Below are positions 13,715 to 26,974 of a stretch of 64,000 nt of DNA, piece by piece. Source of the DNA: Eledone cirrhosa (Eukaryota); contig OZ024741.1 in the NCBI GenBank assembly GCA_964016885.1, positions 171,740,001-171,804,000 of the forward strand, written 5' to 3'. A program made the translations under genes and the position numbers. Within the stretch, counting starts at the first letter, position 1. The number at the start of each line of letters is the position of its first letter. The notes beneath the pieces were generated by a model, which worked only from the letters and a program-made list of their open reading frames with translations, searched no databases and was not told the origin of the DNA.

Positions 13715-15303
13715 ATTAACAAATGGAAACTATATTTATAAAACCATATTTATTTCATTATACATATTTCAATGGTACCAAGTTAAATTATGGTGTGCTT
13801 TCATTAGATAAAATATAATATAGATCAGTTTTATAAATAAATATTGACATACCCTTAAAGAATGCAACCATTACTGTTGAAAGCTACTATCCGGGAGCAC
13901 ATTTTCTTCTCTGTAATATGTATTTAGTATATGTACAATATACTGTGTCTTCTCTGGATATATCGTTCTTTCTCTCTCTATATATATATACACACATATA
14001 TCTTCTACTTTTGACTAAATATTGCTCTGGATATTGTCTACTGAGCTAATTTATTGAGAAGTACATAATTCAAACATATTTAATATGTTACATTTGTATA
14101 TATATATTATGCATAAAAAATTAATAAATGTAGATATGACTAAAAATCTCTTATACCCTCTGAAAGACTTAATATGTTTAAATATGATTATTTCTCATAA
14201 TACAATTTTTATTTTCCACTCATTTATTATTCCTGATATGCTTGACAAAAATTAATTAATTAATCGAAATTATCGATTATATATTTTTGTCACAGACATA
14301 GAGTATAAAACTGCATTTCCTGCCTCAGTCATATCAATATAATATGTGTGCTTTCCACTCACAAGGAGTCATTGGTTCTGACCCTCTATTTATCCCTGTA
14401 AATAGTTATTTCTCCAAAGTTACTCATGTGTTTAATACTCTATGCTGCCTGTCATTTGTACATATACACTCACCATTTATGTAATCATAATTTTTAAAGA
14501 AGTATTATCAAAATATCCTATTTATCTTTAATCACTTGCACATCAATTAATTTATTATTCAAATATTCCAGTTTATATGATTGTTCATATTAAAGGTTTC
14601 CAATTTCAATTAAAATCTTCCAACATAATTTTATATGAGAACAATACATTAAGTTACTTAGTAATGAAATAATTGATTATTTTAGTAAATCTCTCAAAAT
14701 TCTTCATTAATTAATTGAAATAGACTGTATTTCATTATAAATGCAGTCATTAAAGATTTAAAACAAATTATCCAAAAAAACAAATAGAATAAGAATTAGT
14801 TAAAATGAATAAAGAAATCCACTTATCTTAATATTCCCATGCTTCTTCTCGGCTGACAGATTATATATATATATTGGATGTGATTCATGCTTATGAAGCA
14901 TGGGAAAAGACCTACTCAATCTACAGAACAGCATGTATTTTCCATAGATATTTCCTGAGGACTATACATGGGATCACTGTGTGATGGTGAAACATTGTTG
15001 TCCATGTGCTATGTATGACCACAAAGAGATCTCTGTCAGCTTTTCTCAAATGGAAGTCAGAAGGTTGGGAAAAATGAAGCAAGTCAAACGCATCAAGACC
15101 TGATTGAAGTTGGTAGAGAATGTCCTGGCAAACATGTTCCTGGCTTGGAAGCAGGCCCATGACAGGGTTTGTAACAATGTGAAATGGAAATCTCACATCA
15201 CCCAATGCTCTGTAGGGTCGAAAGGGATCTAAAGTAAAGGAATATATATATATTCCATAGAGACAAAATAAAAAATTATAATTTTTATTTGTCACAAGGG
15301 CAG

Positions 15304-15480
15304 CCCTTTAGCATTTAAACCAGTTGTATCTGGCCAGAATTCTCTCACCTCTTTCTGTTCAAACCAGCCACAACTGACCACTCATATTGATATTAAAGTA
15401 TTGTTCTCAAAATGAATAACATCATAAATCTCATAGATTCAATATTATGTGAAATAATTATTCAAGATAAAGCCTTTACC
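15304..15480 (-). mobile_element. piggyBac-type MITE fragment
   Basis: ccctttagcatttaaacc...tatctggccagaattctctcacc is the reverse complement of the right end of 45375-45783. Confidence 0.65.
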
Positions 15481-15569
15481 ATAAAAATATAATAGTATAT
15501 ATAGAGTAATTACCAGGATGTTTAAAGACACTATTGTGTTGCAAACTAAATTGTTGGCATATATATATG

Positions 15570-17355
15570 TCATCATCATCACCGTTTTACGTCCGTTCTT
15601 CCACGCTAGCATGGGTTAGACGGGTTGTCCTGTTGTGGGCAGTGTCTGGTCGGCTGACCATGCCTTGCTCATACAGGAACTGATCTGGCTTGATTTCTAC
15701 AGCTGGATGCCCTTCCTAACACCAACCTCATTTACAGTGAGTGCTGGGTGCTTTTTCGTGGCGCCTACACGTCCACTTTACAGTGTGGGCTGGGTGCTTT
15801 TTTGCCGTGGCACCTCCACGACCACCTTGCGGTGGGGGGGGGGGGGGCATATTGTTTATATGCTTCAGCATGTACCCATGGGAGGTCGGGTACCCTGTAT
15901 TACTGCGTGACGCCAGAAGTCACGGTCGTGTGTCATTGACTTTGAGAGGTGTAGTTGGGTAAGGTCGGCTTTTATCACCTCATCCCAAGTCATCTTGGGT
16001 CTCCCCACTCCGCGGTTTCCATCAACTTCTAGTGCTCTGCACCTTTTTATGCAGCTGTCATCCTTCATACGCATCACATGTCCATACCAGCGTAACCGCC
16101 TCTCCTGCACGCAGCATTTGATTCCTCTTATGCTCAGTCTCTCTCTCAATTCATTTATGCTTTGTCGTTCACGTATATTACTGTTACACATCCATCGGAG
16201 CATGCAGGCTTCGTTTCTCTCTAATCTACGTAAGTCTTCCACCTTCAGCGCCCAGGTCTCACTACCATGCAACATCGCTGTTCGGATACACGCATCATAC
16301 AGTCTGCCTTTCATTCTGAGGGAGAAGCCTTTTGCAGCTAGCAGTGGTAGTAGTTCCCTAAACTTCTTCCATCCCGTTCTTACCCTAGTTATTGTACTTT
16401 CTGAGCACCCACCTCCGTTGCTAATTCGGTCACCTAGGTAGCAGAAGCTGTCTACTGTTTCTACAGGGCCCTCCCAGAGATTGGTGGTACTTGTTTCCTG
16501 TGGCTGTTTGCTTGCTGTTTCAGCACAGCTGCTGCATGTGAATCCTACATTCTTAATTAAGCTTCCTGAGATCCCGCTACATCTCTTGTGTACCCATTGT
16601 TTGCATTTGGGGCAGAGAATGGAGTTCCTACCTACACCTTTCCTACATACTGAGCAAGGCCATTTCCCTGAGGGGATCTGGGTTCTGTTTTCTCGTCTAC
16701 TTATAAGGACCTTAGTCTTTGTCATGTTGACTTTGAGGCCCTTTCTCTCTAGTCCCTGCTTCCAGGTTTGGAATTTATTCTCTAGTTCTACCATAGATTC
16801 AGCTATGAGTGCGAGGTCATCAGCATACAGGAGTTCCCATGGGCATCCGGTCTTAAACTCCTCCGTTATTGCCTGCAGGACTATGATGAACAGGAGAGGG
16901 CTAAGAACAGAGCCCTGGTGGACCCCAACCTGTACGCTAAATTCCTCGCTATACTCATTGCCAATCCTAACTTTGCTGACTGCTCCCCTATACATGGCTT
17001 GTACCGCTTTCACAAGCCATTCATCTACTCCTAGTTTTCTAAGAGCCCACCAGATTACTGCACGTGGAACTCTGTCAAAGGCTTTCTCAAGGTCGACAAA
17101 TGCCAAGTAGAGTGGCTTACTTTTAGCTAGGTACTTTTCCTGTAATTGCCTCACAAGGAAGAGCGCATCAGTGGTGCCTTTCCCTGGAACAAACCCAAAT
17201 TGCATCTCGTCTATATTCACCCGGTCCCTAATCAGCTGTGCTATAACTCTTTCTGTTACTTTCATGACCTGGTCCATCAACTTTATACCTCTATAGTTTC
17301 CTCTATCTAGTGCATCGCCTTTACCTTTGTAGCAGTTGACAATGATGCTACTGCA
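15570..17355 (-). mobile_element. RTE-clade LINE, 5'-truncated, young
   Basis: Uninterrupted RT ORF, 3'UTR with ~40-bp sub-repeats, (GAT)n tail at 15570. Confidence 0.95.
15865..17355 (-). CDS. RTE reverse transcriptase C-terminal part with PHD-like Cys/His finger (no native start)
   Basis: NYRGIKL, QFGFVPG, FVDLEKAFD, GVHQGSVLSPLLF, YADD, CSVC...CPKC..WVHKRC...CSSC, HGSETW, RLRWYGHVMR, GRPKMTW. The ORF-track N-terminus upstream of about 17355 is flank read-through. Confidence 0.9.
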   Translation of the reverse strand, partial: CSSIIVNCYKGKGDALDRGNYRGIKLMDQVMKVTERVIAQLIRDRVNIDEMQFGFVPGKGTTDALFLVRQLQEKYLAKSKPLYLAFVDLEKAFDRVPRAVIWWALRKLGVDEWLVKAVQAMYRGAVSKVRIGNEYSEEFSVQVGVHQGSVLSPLLFIIVLQAITEEFKTGCPWELLYADDLALIAESMVELENKFQTWKQGLERKGLKVNMTKTKVLISRRENRTQIPSGKWPCSVCRKGVGRNSILCPKCKQWVHKRCSGISGSLIKNVGFTCSSCAETASKQPQETSTTNLWEGPVETVDSFCYLGDRISNGGGCSESTITRVRTGWKKFRELLPLLAAKGFSLRMKGRLYDACIRTAMLHGSETWALKVEDLRRLERNEACMLRWMCNSNIRERQSINELRERLSIRGIKCCVQERRLRWYGHVMRMKDDSCIKRCRALEVDGNRGVGRPKMTWDEVIKADLTQLHLSKSMTHDRDFWRHAVIQGTRPPMGTC

Positions 17356-18499
17356 CGTATACAATGATGCTACTGCATGTATACAAATATATAAACAAAC
17401 ACGTGTCCACACACAGACATGCTCACACAATCACATACACATATATAGCACACTCATATATACTCAGTCACATTACAAGGGTAAATAAAAGAAATAGCAG
17501 GAGTTTACATAAGATTCAGTAGGAGAAAGCAATCATCACCATCATCTTCATAATTTTTCATTTGCGTCCCTGTTTGCTTCCTTTGGATGTTCTTATTTGG
17601 AGTTACAACTTGCTCGTAGCAGCATGAGCAATTTAGAAAGAAAATAAATTCAATGTCCCAATAAGGGAACATCCATTCGGACCAAATAAGGGAATACTAC
17701 AGATCCCAGATTACCCTTATTACCAAACACAAGTGCTGTATGACAGCTGGGTATTCATGCATATGTATACACTGAGAGAAGGTCGATTCATAGAAGCTAT
17801 ATTGCCAATTCTTGCTCACATTTCAGTAAATTTACTGGAGAGCAGCACATCTCTACCCTCAACTTCCTCTCTGAGTGAAATTTGAAGAAGTTGATGAGGC
17901 TTGGCTGAAGAAGGAGGTGTTTGTCTTCAATTTTTTTCAATCTTGTCTGTCTGTCACACAATCTCTTTTACTATAGCCACAAGACAAAGGACATTGGCAG
18001 GATGTGCAAAGGACATTGACAGGATGATCCTCAAAATGGACTCTGCTAATAGTTGGATCTGTCCTACTCATGAAGAAAGTAGGAGAAAATTGAGAAAAAT
18101 TAAGGATGAAAAAGAGAGAGGAAACAAAAATAAGTGAGGAAACATATAGAAGGTTGATGATAAAAGGAGACTTAGGAAGAAAGGAGAAAAAAGAGTGGGA
18201 GAAAAAAAGAGATGAGATGAGAGATGAAAGATGGCAGATAAACATGTGGTAGAAGTGGTGATAGGGGATAATGGGAATAGTATGGGGTTAGTAAATACAT
18301 TAACAGAAATGAAATAAGAAAAATAGGAAGAGAAAAACAGAAAAAGTACAAAAAATGGGTTAATTATTTAGGTCAACTGAATCAATATATTTGTACTAAT
18401 TGTGAATCTATCTACATATATCCTTGCCTGCTTCTTTATCTATATAAGCATCCATGCTATCATCCACACCTACTACTGTTGCCTTTAAAAATTTCATAT

Positions 18500-19170
18500 A
18501 CATCTAGTGTGACATCAAAACGACCTCTTTAAAATGTGACTGGGTGCTTTTTGTTGTGTCACCAACACGACCACTTTACAGTGTGCACTGGGAGCTTTTT
18601 GTCATGACACCAAAATGACCACTTTGCAGTATGTACTGGGCACCTTTTGTACCACCACTCAAACGACCACTTTACAGTGTGGACGAGGCACTTTTTGTCA
18701 TATCACCAACATGATCGCTTTACAGGTTGGATAGGGCCTTTTTTGCCATGTCACTAATAGAGTGTACTGAGTGTACTGAGCGTTTTTTGTCATGTCAGCA
18801 ACACGGCCTCCTTATGGGGTAGGCTGGGTATTCTTTGTCGTGTCACCAATCCAACCTCTCCACAGGGTGGTCCAGGTGCCTACCGTTGTGCCACCATCAT
18901 GACCACTTTACAAGGTGGCCTGGGTGCTTCCTGTTGTATCACCAACATGACAACTTTACCAGGTGAACTAGGTGCTTATTTCTCATGTCACCAGCACAAC
19001 CACCTTGCAGGGAGGGCTAGGTGCTCTTCTGTCATGTTATCTTATAGGAAAGACTAGATGCTCTTCTGCCATGGCACCAACAGGAGCACCTTACATGGTG
19101 GACTAGGGGCTTTTGTTGTGTCAACAGCATCACCACCTTGCAGAGTAAACTGAGAGCTTTTAGCCATTTC
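18500..19170. repeat. Degenerate tandem array of ~41-bp RTE 3'UTR sub-repeats
   Basis: About 16 units of gtgtcaccaacacgaccactttacagtgtggactgggtgctttttg, adjoining an RTE ORF-end remnant. Confidence 0.8.
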
Positions 19171-19400
19171 AGCAGCATTGTGGGAAAGCATGTGCTTTTT
19201 TCCATGCTTGTATACAGCCTTCATCCTTTATATGTCCATACCAATGCAATCTCCTCTCCTGCACACTACTTCTGATCCCTCTTATGCTAAGTTTCTCTCT
19301 CAATTCATTTACACTTTGCAGTCCATCAGAGCATGCAAACTTCATTTCTTTCCAATCTTCATAAGTCTTCTGCGTACAGTTCCCAGGTCTCATTACCTGT
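19170..19400 (-). pseudogene. RTE ORF C-terminal remnant
   Basis: QSVNELREKLSIRGIRSSVQERRLHWYGH. Confidence 0.8.
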
Positions 19401-19758
19401 CTCATACACATAATACAGTAAGTTGAAATTCTTCAATTAACTGACATTATATTTGCAATTCAAATGCAGAACATCTACTAAAACAATACACGAGAGATAA
19501 CTTCAGCAATATCAGTTAAACTAAACATTTGGAGAATAAAGACACAGCAGTTAGGAGTGGATTTTGTTTTCAAATCTAACTGATGAAAGCAGTGGACACA
19601 TTCTGATTCAATCTAGCTGGTGCCTACAGGAAAAGTAAATTTCATCTGAATGGGATTGTATGTGGCAAGAACCTCTGAGTAGTGATTCATTAACTGTTTC
19701 TAAATAAATAAACAATTCTTTTTTTTCTCATGAGTAACACTCAAATCACACTCCCACA

Positions 19759-19879
<121 letters not shown>

Positions 19880-19894
19880 AGATGCCCATGCATA

Positions 19895-20130
19895 TATGTT
19901 AGAAATAATGATGGGGTAGGTGGTGTAGACATTCTACTAGCTGAGAAATGGATAGATAAGGTGATAGAGATAGTTTGAGTAAGTGACAGAATCATCAAAC
20001 TTAGAATAGTGACAATTATATCTACCTATGCAACACAAGCACGTTGGAGTAAAGAACAAAATGACCGTTCTATGAGGAACTTTTACAAACAACCTCGGTT
20101 ACTGATGACACAGACCTCGTCATGGCAGGC
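19895..20130 (+). pseudogene. RTE AP-endonuclease remnant
   Basis: GVGGVDILLAEKWIDKVIEIV*VSDRIIKL..ISTYA. Confidence 0.7.
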
Positions 20131-20214
20131 AAATTCAATGTTGAGTAGTACTACCGGTGGTGTGGAGAGGAGAGACTGGTATGCACGAGCAGCTGCTGGT
20201 CTTCCACAAACAAT

Positions 20215-20259
<45 letters not shown>

Positions 20260-20274
20260 TACTTTTATTATGGC

Positions 20275-20440
20275 TAAGTAGTGAGTCTTGTTACTCTGGA
20301 GTCATTTTCTGATAGTCCTGTGGGTGCACAGGTGAAATTCAGAGTAACAAGACTCACTACTTAACCCTAATAAATAAATCTCTAATCTCTACTTTGGTAT
20401 TGAGTACTCTTTTCTCTAATCCATCAACTTAATACAGAGA
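20275..20440 (+). mobile_element. Hammerhead-element family B with fold-back 5' end
   Basis: ctgatag-t-cctgtg/cacagg-t-GAAA-ttcagag-TA-acaagac; inverted arm 20275-20300 mirrors 20338-20363; downstream ggtattgagtac. Confidence 0.7.
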
Positions 20441-20449
20441 TTATATATA

Positions 20450-20640
20450 GAAATATGGTAGGTGTTTAATACATGTGTATTTTGAGTTGTATACTTTACA
20501 AAGAAATACATATATACATACTCTTTTACATATACATACATATATATATGTATATGTAAAAGAGTATGTATGTATATATGTATTTATTTGTAAAGTATAG
20601 AACTCAAAATACACAGATATTAAACACCTAGCATATTTTT
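20450..20640. repeat. Imperfect palindrome (~95-bp arms) centred on (TA)n
   Basis: aaatatggtaggtgtttaata...actcttttacatatacata / tatgtatatgtaaaagagt...tattaaacacctagcatattt. Confidence 0.85.
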
Positions 20641-23600
20641 AGTTTTCTGATTGCTAAGTTTACAATAAACACAACCAGAACTCATTTCAATCAGAAGATG
20701 AATAAAAGATATTCAAATTGTATTAAATTACATCTACTCATATAAGGCAATGCCTAAAATATGATGTGTAAATATACAGTTTAAATATCTTCTAGTTAAA
20801 GGACATCCTGCTTATGTTTTAAAATACCAAGCTATCAAAAACCTGTTTGTGTTCTATGAGTATAATATATGATATGTTTATTTTAATATGTATGGCTTAG
20901 GTTGTTATGGTTTCTAATGGTTCTTGGTTCAAATATCATGAGCAAGCATCCTCTCTCAGATGTGTCCTTCAGTATACATTTTCACTTTGGGAGTATGCTC
21001 ATTCCTGGAAGCCATACTTATTACTCTCACTTGCACTTCATCAAATCTACTGCCTCTTAAAAACAGGATTTGATCTAATATTCAATATGTTTAAAAGGAA
21101 AATTGACCTCGGTATGATCTGATCTTAGAGTAAACAGAGCTACAAGTTCAGATCATCATAATTCATTTTGTCTGTCACATAATCAATTCTATTAATCCAT
21201 CACTTTACCCTTATTAATAATGATTTATAACAAGTACAGAAATTTTGCAAGATGGGTTGGTCAATTTACTTTATTTTATCAGCATTGGAAGGATGAAAGC
21301 CAAATTCCACTTCAATGTGATTTGAACTTAGACTGAAAAAAGCTGAAACAGATACTGCAAGGCATGTTGTCTGATGTTCTAATGATTCTGCTAATCCACT
21401 GCTGTTTATTTATAAAGAAAAAATTGCAATTGGCAGAATCAGTAGAGCATCAGACAATTGCGTTGTGGTATTTGTTCTATTTCTTTATGTTTTGACAAAG
21501 TCAATAAAACAAAATATCAGTCAAGTACTGGGTGATATTACCAACTTTCCCTTCCCCTAGAATGTATTGTCTTTGTGCTTAAATTAGAAATCGTTTCATA
21601 TATATAAAAAAATAAAAGGCCAGAAATTGATTGATACTTTATTTTATCAACACCTGAAAAGCAAAGTTGACCTCAATGGTATTTGAAGTCTGAAATATTT
21701 AAGAAAAATGAAGAACTGCATATATAATAACACCACATGTAAATTGCTGAGGTGACTTTACTACTAACATTTGGCATTTCTTCTGCACTATTAAATTTCT
21801 TTTCCTCATATATTTCTATGTTCTATATTCTTTAATTAGTCTATTTTGTAACAGAACAACCAATTGTCTAATTCTAAAACATTGACTAGAACTACAGAAG
21901 TATAAAACATTGAGAGATAACAAACATCATTTGAAAATTATTTTGATTATTTGAAAATTTCAAAATCTAAAGCTTATGTGGATTTTATTTTCTTAAAATT
22001 TGATAGATACATCTTATATTATTTCTTTTTATTAAACTTTGGCAGATAAATTATAGAACTGTACAATCAGCTAAAATTCTTTTGTTTCTTGTTTTAAACA
22101 ATTATGCATTTTCATCGCCATTTCCATTATTTATTTATTTTATTTTTTATTTTTTGCTCAATCTTCCGTTTCTATTCAGAAAGTTTAAGGAAACAATCTA
22201 TGAATGACATTTACTTCAGCTTTCTTTCTCTCTCATCAGAATATCAATAGAAAAGCAATGGTTCCTCTGAGTGTTTGTGTTGTGCATGATTGCAATGTAG
22301 CTATGATTTATTCAATTATTTATTTTATCTTGTATAATAAACAATGATATCCTGAGATACAGGTTTTCAATGAGTCCATGATTGGTTCATTGCATTTATA
22401 AAGGTGAAAGTTGCAAGGGAGTGTCTGTTAACTCAAGTTGAGTAAATATTATAAAGTATTTTTATTAAAAAATATCAGTTTTATTGGCTTTCTTCATTGT
22501 ATTCCAATGTTTATATGTTTAATCAATATATAATGGTGAAAGATATGTATACATAGATATATATTCATACATATACACACACTCATACACACATACTCAT
22601 ACACACTTATAGACACACATACATATATGGCTAATCAGTAACAACATATTTTCTCAGTTCTTTTTTTCCTTCTTTTCCATTTTTTTCTCTCATTTGTCTT
22701 CCTTTTTCTACTCACTCTTATACATCCCCTCTTCTTGCTATTTCTATCTCGTGAGGAAGGTTTGGCATCCAAAATATTAAGAATCTATTCCAAGCATTAT
22801 ACTAATCAAGCATTATACTAATATAGCATTATTGTATTGTGTCATTTGCTTGTATTGATATTTTCATATTGGCAAATATTTATATATAGGGTTTATATGA
22901 ATGAATATACTATCTTTATGTACAATAAAAACACAAGAGCCTCACTAAGAATGTTTTCAGTTGTGATCATGTCATAACTATCTCAATAGTCAGTATGCCA
23001 GACACATGTTTCTGGATTTTTCTCCATCATTGGTGACATTTACTCACTCAGTACTGAGAGAAAAATAAGTCAAGATCTTATATGCCTTTTTGTGTATGAA
23101 ACATCAGCTAGCAATGTTTATTTGCATATAGTGCAAACTTAACTAGCTATAATTAATTAGCAGTAAGACTAACACAGCATTGTTGAAAATAGAATGCATA
23201 TGAAGGCATATACAATATTGTTATATGCAATAAACATTCAAGAGTTTTGCTAACATCAGCATCATCATCATCCTTTAACGCCTATTTTCCACACTAGCAT
23301 GGGTCAGATGGGTTCTCTCATTTGAGGCAACTCAGGTTAGGTGACCGTGTTTTGCTCATAGAGAACTGTTTCTATAAATATATATATGTGTGTGTGTGCG
23401 TGTTAAAAAAAGCCTGAATGGCTAAGGTTTTTAAATATAAATTCCAAAAGAGCGCGGTGCAAGGGACAAGACAATGGAAAAAATAATGGAAAACGGACAG
23501 TCCAATCTCCTCAGTCAACCTCTAGAAATCACTACAGTTTCAATGCATTAAGGTTGACATGCATATATATATAAATTTGTATTGTGCTCCGACATAGCGA

Positions 23601-24843
23601 TATACATACGAATGTATGTATTGTATATTTAATAGAATACAGGATGTTTAATGAAAAATATTTGGTAGGCCTTTCATTAGGAATTTTAAGATTGTGAGAA
23701 TCATCACAAAGACCTTCCAAATGTTTTTCATAAACATCCCATATGTTATTAAATATACAATATGTACATTCATATGTATATCATTATGTCGGAGCACCAA
23801 TATAATTTTTTAATTGGTGCCAGGCCGGCTACCGCTTTGTATGTAAATGAGTTTCATCAGCTCATAGACATAGGTAGAATTCTAAGAATCCAGCTTAATT
23901 TAGCTTCAGCAAAGATGGGGAGGCATGTAGTCTTCATAACAATTTAAAAGTCAGAAACAGTAACATCGATTACTTCCCCCTGCCTTAACAAATAAATGGT
24001 GTTTTCCATACTGTGTACCCAGCTTCACTTAACGTCATAACGGGAATGTTTATATTCTTTGAAGCAAATGGTTTTCTGCCATTTTGGGTTGTACCAGGCT
24101 TTCCTGGGTTGGGAAAGTATTGGGCTTGCAAGGATTCAGCAAGGAAGGTGAATCAGTCAAGGTTCGTCCTAACTTTCCATGCTAGCATGCGTTGGGTGAA
24201 GAAATTGTCCTTGGTCCGATGATACTAAAGTATCTATATTTATCTAAACTGCTTCTATCATAATTTCACGTAAGAAGATTTAAGTTATGAACCAAACACA
24301 AGCTTAATAATGAGAAAGTTAATATATTTCAACATGATTTGAAATTCAGTGGCAGTATTTTACAATTGAAATTTAACAAAGGTTAATGCAAGTTAAGTCT
24401 TGATAAAATAAAGTTATTTAGCTTGCCACATTAAGTGCTTTTGCACTTTCTTAATCAACACAGGTAGTGATAATGATAACAAACAAGTCTTATTTTTTTT
24501 TTTTTACATAATTCACATTCTAAGAGAGTCTGATCATAGCAATTTGTATAAATGGATTTCAATGCTGCAATAAACAAAATAAGACTGATGTTTTATAATG
24601 CACCAAACAATAGTAAAACTATAATTGCTAATGTAGTAGACAATAGTGAAACAATATAGGACAAACAAAAATAATTGTAAAGTTGAGTACTGCAGACAAC
24701 TCTAACTGCATTTGGTAATGCACTAAATAACATTGACTATAATGCAGCAAGCAATAATAATTTTATCTTCAATACAACTGAACCTTACACTATTATCTTT
24801 CTCCATCTGCTGGTATATGTGTATGCATGTGTGTGTATATATA

Positions 24844-24884
<41 letters not shown>

Positions 24885-25204
24885 ATATATATATATATAT
24901 ATGCGTGTGTGTGTATATATATATATACACACTATATGCATCTATATAAAATGATTTGAACATAGTTTTGATTATTGTGTAATTTATATATATATAAATT
25001 GTGGTAATACAACAGTTAGTTCACCATACCAAGAACAATTGTTTCTACCTAACTTGTCCCATGGACTGAGTGCTCTACCACTACGGATATTACCTTCCAG
25101 TGTTCTACCTCTCTCTCTATATATATATAAAATATATCAAACTTAAGCCCAAATCACACAGGACATAGAGCTGCTCTTAACTCATTACATTATCATAGTT
25201 ACTA

Positions 25205-25389
25205 GGGTGGTGAATTGGCAGTATTGGTAGAGGGTCGGACGCCATGCTTTCCAGCATAGTTACGTCCCTTTACGATCTGAGTTCAAATCCTGCCGAGGTT
25301 GACTTTGCCTTTCATCCTTACGGGGTCGATAAAATAAAGTATCAGTAATGCACTGGGTAATTGCTGGCCTTGTGCCTAAAGTAGAAACA
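25205..25389 (+). mobile_element. SINE family A, full length, 16-bp TSD
   Basis: TSD attatcatagttacta at 25189-25204 and 25390-25405. Confidence 0.95.
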
Positions 25390-25853
25390 ATTATCATAGT
25401 TACTACAACTACTAATACTAGTGTTGATACATATAAATCAGTTTTTGAATGACTGTGTTGGTCACTAACCATACTAGTACAGACTATGCCATATCAGATT
25501 TTTATCCCTGATAGATGAAGTTTTGCCTCCGAACTGTATACTTAATCTCAATTAATATGTTCCAAAAGACTATATTACATATGAAGGTGGTGAATTGGCA
25601 GAGTCATTAGAGTGTTGGGTAGAATGCTTTGCAGTATTTGTTCCAGATCGGTATGCTCTGAGTTCAAATCTTATCTAGGTCAACTTTACTTTCATTGTTT
25701 CAAGGTTGATACAGAAGGTTGATAAAAAAGTCCCGTACCAAGATGGATTCTTCCTTTACATCTCTTTTTAATTCCCTTTCCTTCTCATCCTTTCTATTCT
25801 TCTCTATAAGAAATTGATCAGACCCAGAAAGAGTTGGGCTCTGTCAGGTTTAA

Positions 25854-26070
25854 CCCTTTAGCATTTACATTACTCTATATTTACTACTGTATTTTCATGG
25901 TAAAAACTTTACCTCAAATAATTACCTTATATAATATCAAATCTATGAGGTGTTGATATTATTCATTTGAGAAAAATACCTTAACATCAGTATGGGCAGC
26001 TGGTTACAGCTAGTTTAAACAGGAAGTGGTGAGAGAATTCTGGCCAGATATGGCCGGTTTAAATGCCAAA
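25854..26070 (+). mobile_element. piggyBac-type MITE
   Basis: TTAA|CCCTTTAGCATTTA start; homologous to 45375-45783; right end eroded. Confidence 0.75.
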
Positions 26071-26493
26071 TACATACCCTGTATTACAATGGCGCTCCTA
26101 CAAATCCACCATATTATTTATGGGAAACTCTGTAAAGAGAAAACTATGAATAGTCATCAATCAGAACAATATCATCGATGTAATTTGAATTATATTATTC
26201 ATTCTGCCCTCAGCATTGAGTCCTTTATAACTTTAATTACATACACACCACTGCAATATTATAGAATGTCATATATATTAAATACACTGTAATATTTAGT
26301 TTGGAGAATACCCTCCTGGGGTATTCTTTTTAAATCACCAGTCATATTGTTTGATATGCTTGGTCAATGAAATATGGATCTAATGATGCCTTTTCTAGAA
26401 CATTTGACAATCTGGCACCTAGCCCATCCTTTTGCTCTCAGGCCAGTAACTAACAGCTTCTAATCAATGCTTTGGTATGTTTCCAGAACATGT

Positions 26494-26693
26494 NNNNNNN
26501 NNNNNNNNNNNNNNNNNNNNNNNNNNNNNNNNNNNNNNNNNNNNNNNNNNNNNNNNNNNNNNNNNNNNNNNNNNNNNNNNNNNNNNNNNNNNNNNNNNNN
26601 NNNNNNNNNNNNNNNNNNNNNNNNNNNNNNNNNNNNNNNNNNNNNNNNNNNNNNNNNNNNNNNNNNNNNNNNNNNNNNNNNNNNNNNNNNNNN
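26494..26693. other. Assembly gap (200 N)
   Basis: Exactly 200 Ns, probably a fixed-size scaffolding join. Confidence 0.99.
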
Positions 26694-26974
26694 AGTGTAC
26701 ATGGTTATTTTATTGTGGCAACAGCAATAGTGAGGTTAACTTGTGTCTCTTTGATGGTTATTGTCTTTGTTTGATGGATGGTCTTGTTGCCAGTATGGCA
26801 AGAAACATATGCACCATATGATTTTCATTTTTTTTTCTGGTCTTAATCTGCTATTCCATCTTGTCTTTTGATGGTGTAGCAGCTTAAGACCAGAAAAAGA
26901 GAACAGATAGTAATTGAGGAGGTCATAGAATGTATGATGAAAGAACTAATAAATAACTAGTAATAAATAGGAGA

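Noticed and set aside
15995-17110. Plus-strand ORFs of 148 and 209 aa
   Set aside because: Antisense shadows of the RTE RT ORF.
18500-19170. CRISPR-like periodic array
   Set aside because: Whole units are homologous with no unique spacers, they derive from the RTE 3'UTR, there are no cas genes, and the context is eukaryotic.
22745-23870. Partial hammerhead-like strings (gtgagga..aaaa at about 22751; minus ctgagga at about 23510; minus ctgatgaaac at about 23855; also about 33988 and 37425)
   Set aside because: Missing GAAA, helix II or stem I pairing; may be decayed copies but cannot be supported.
26460-26821. ORFs spanning X runs
   Set aside because: Artefact of the 200-N gap; adjacency across the gap is also uncertain.
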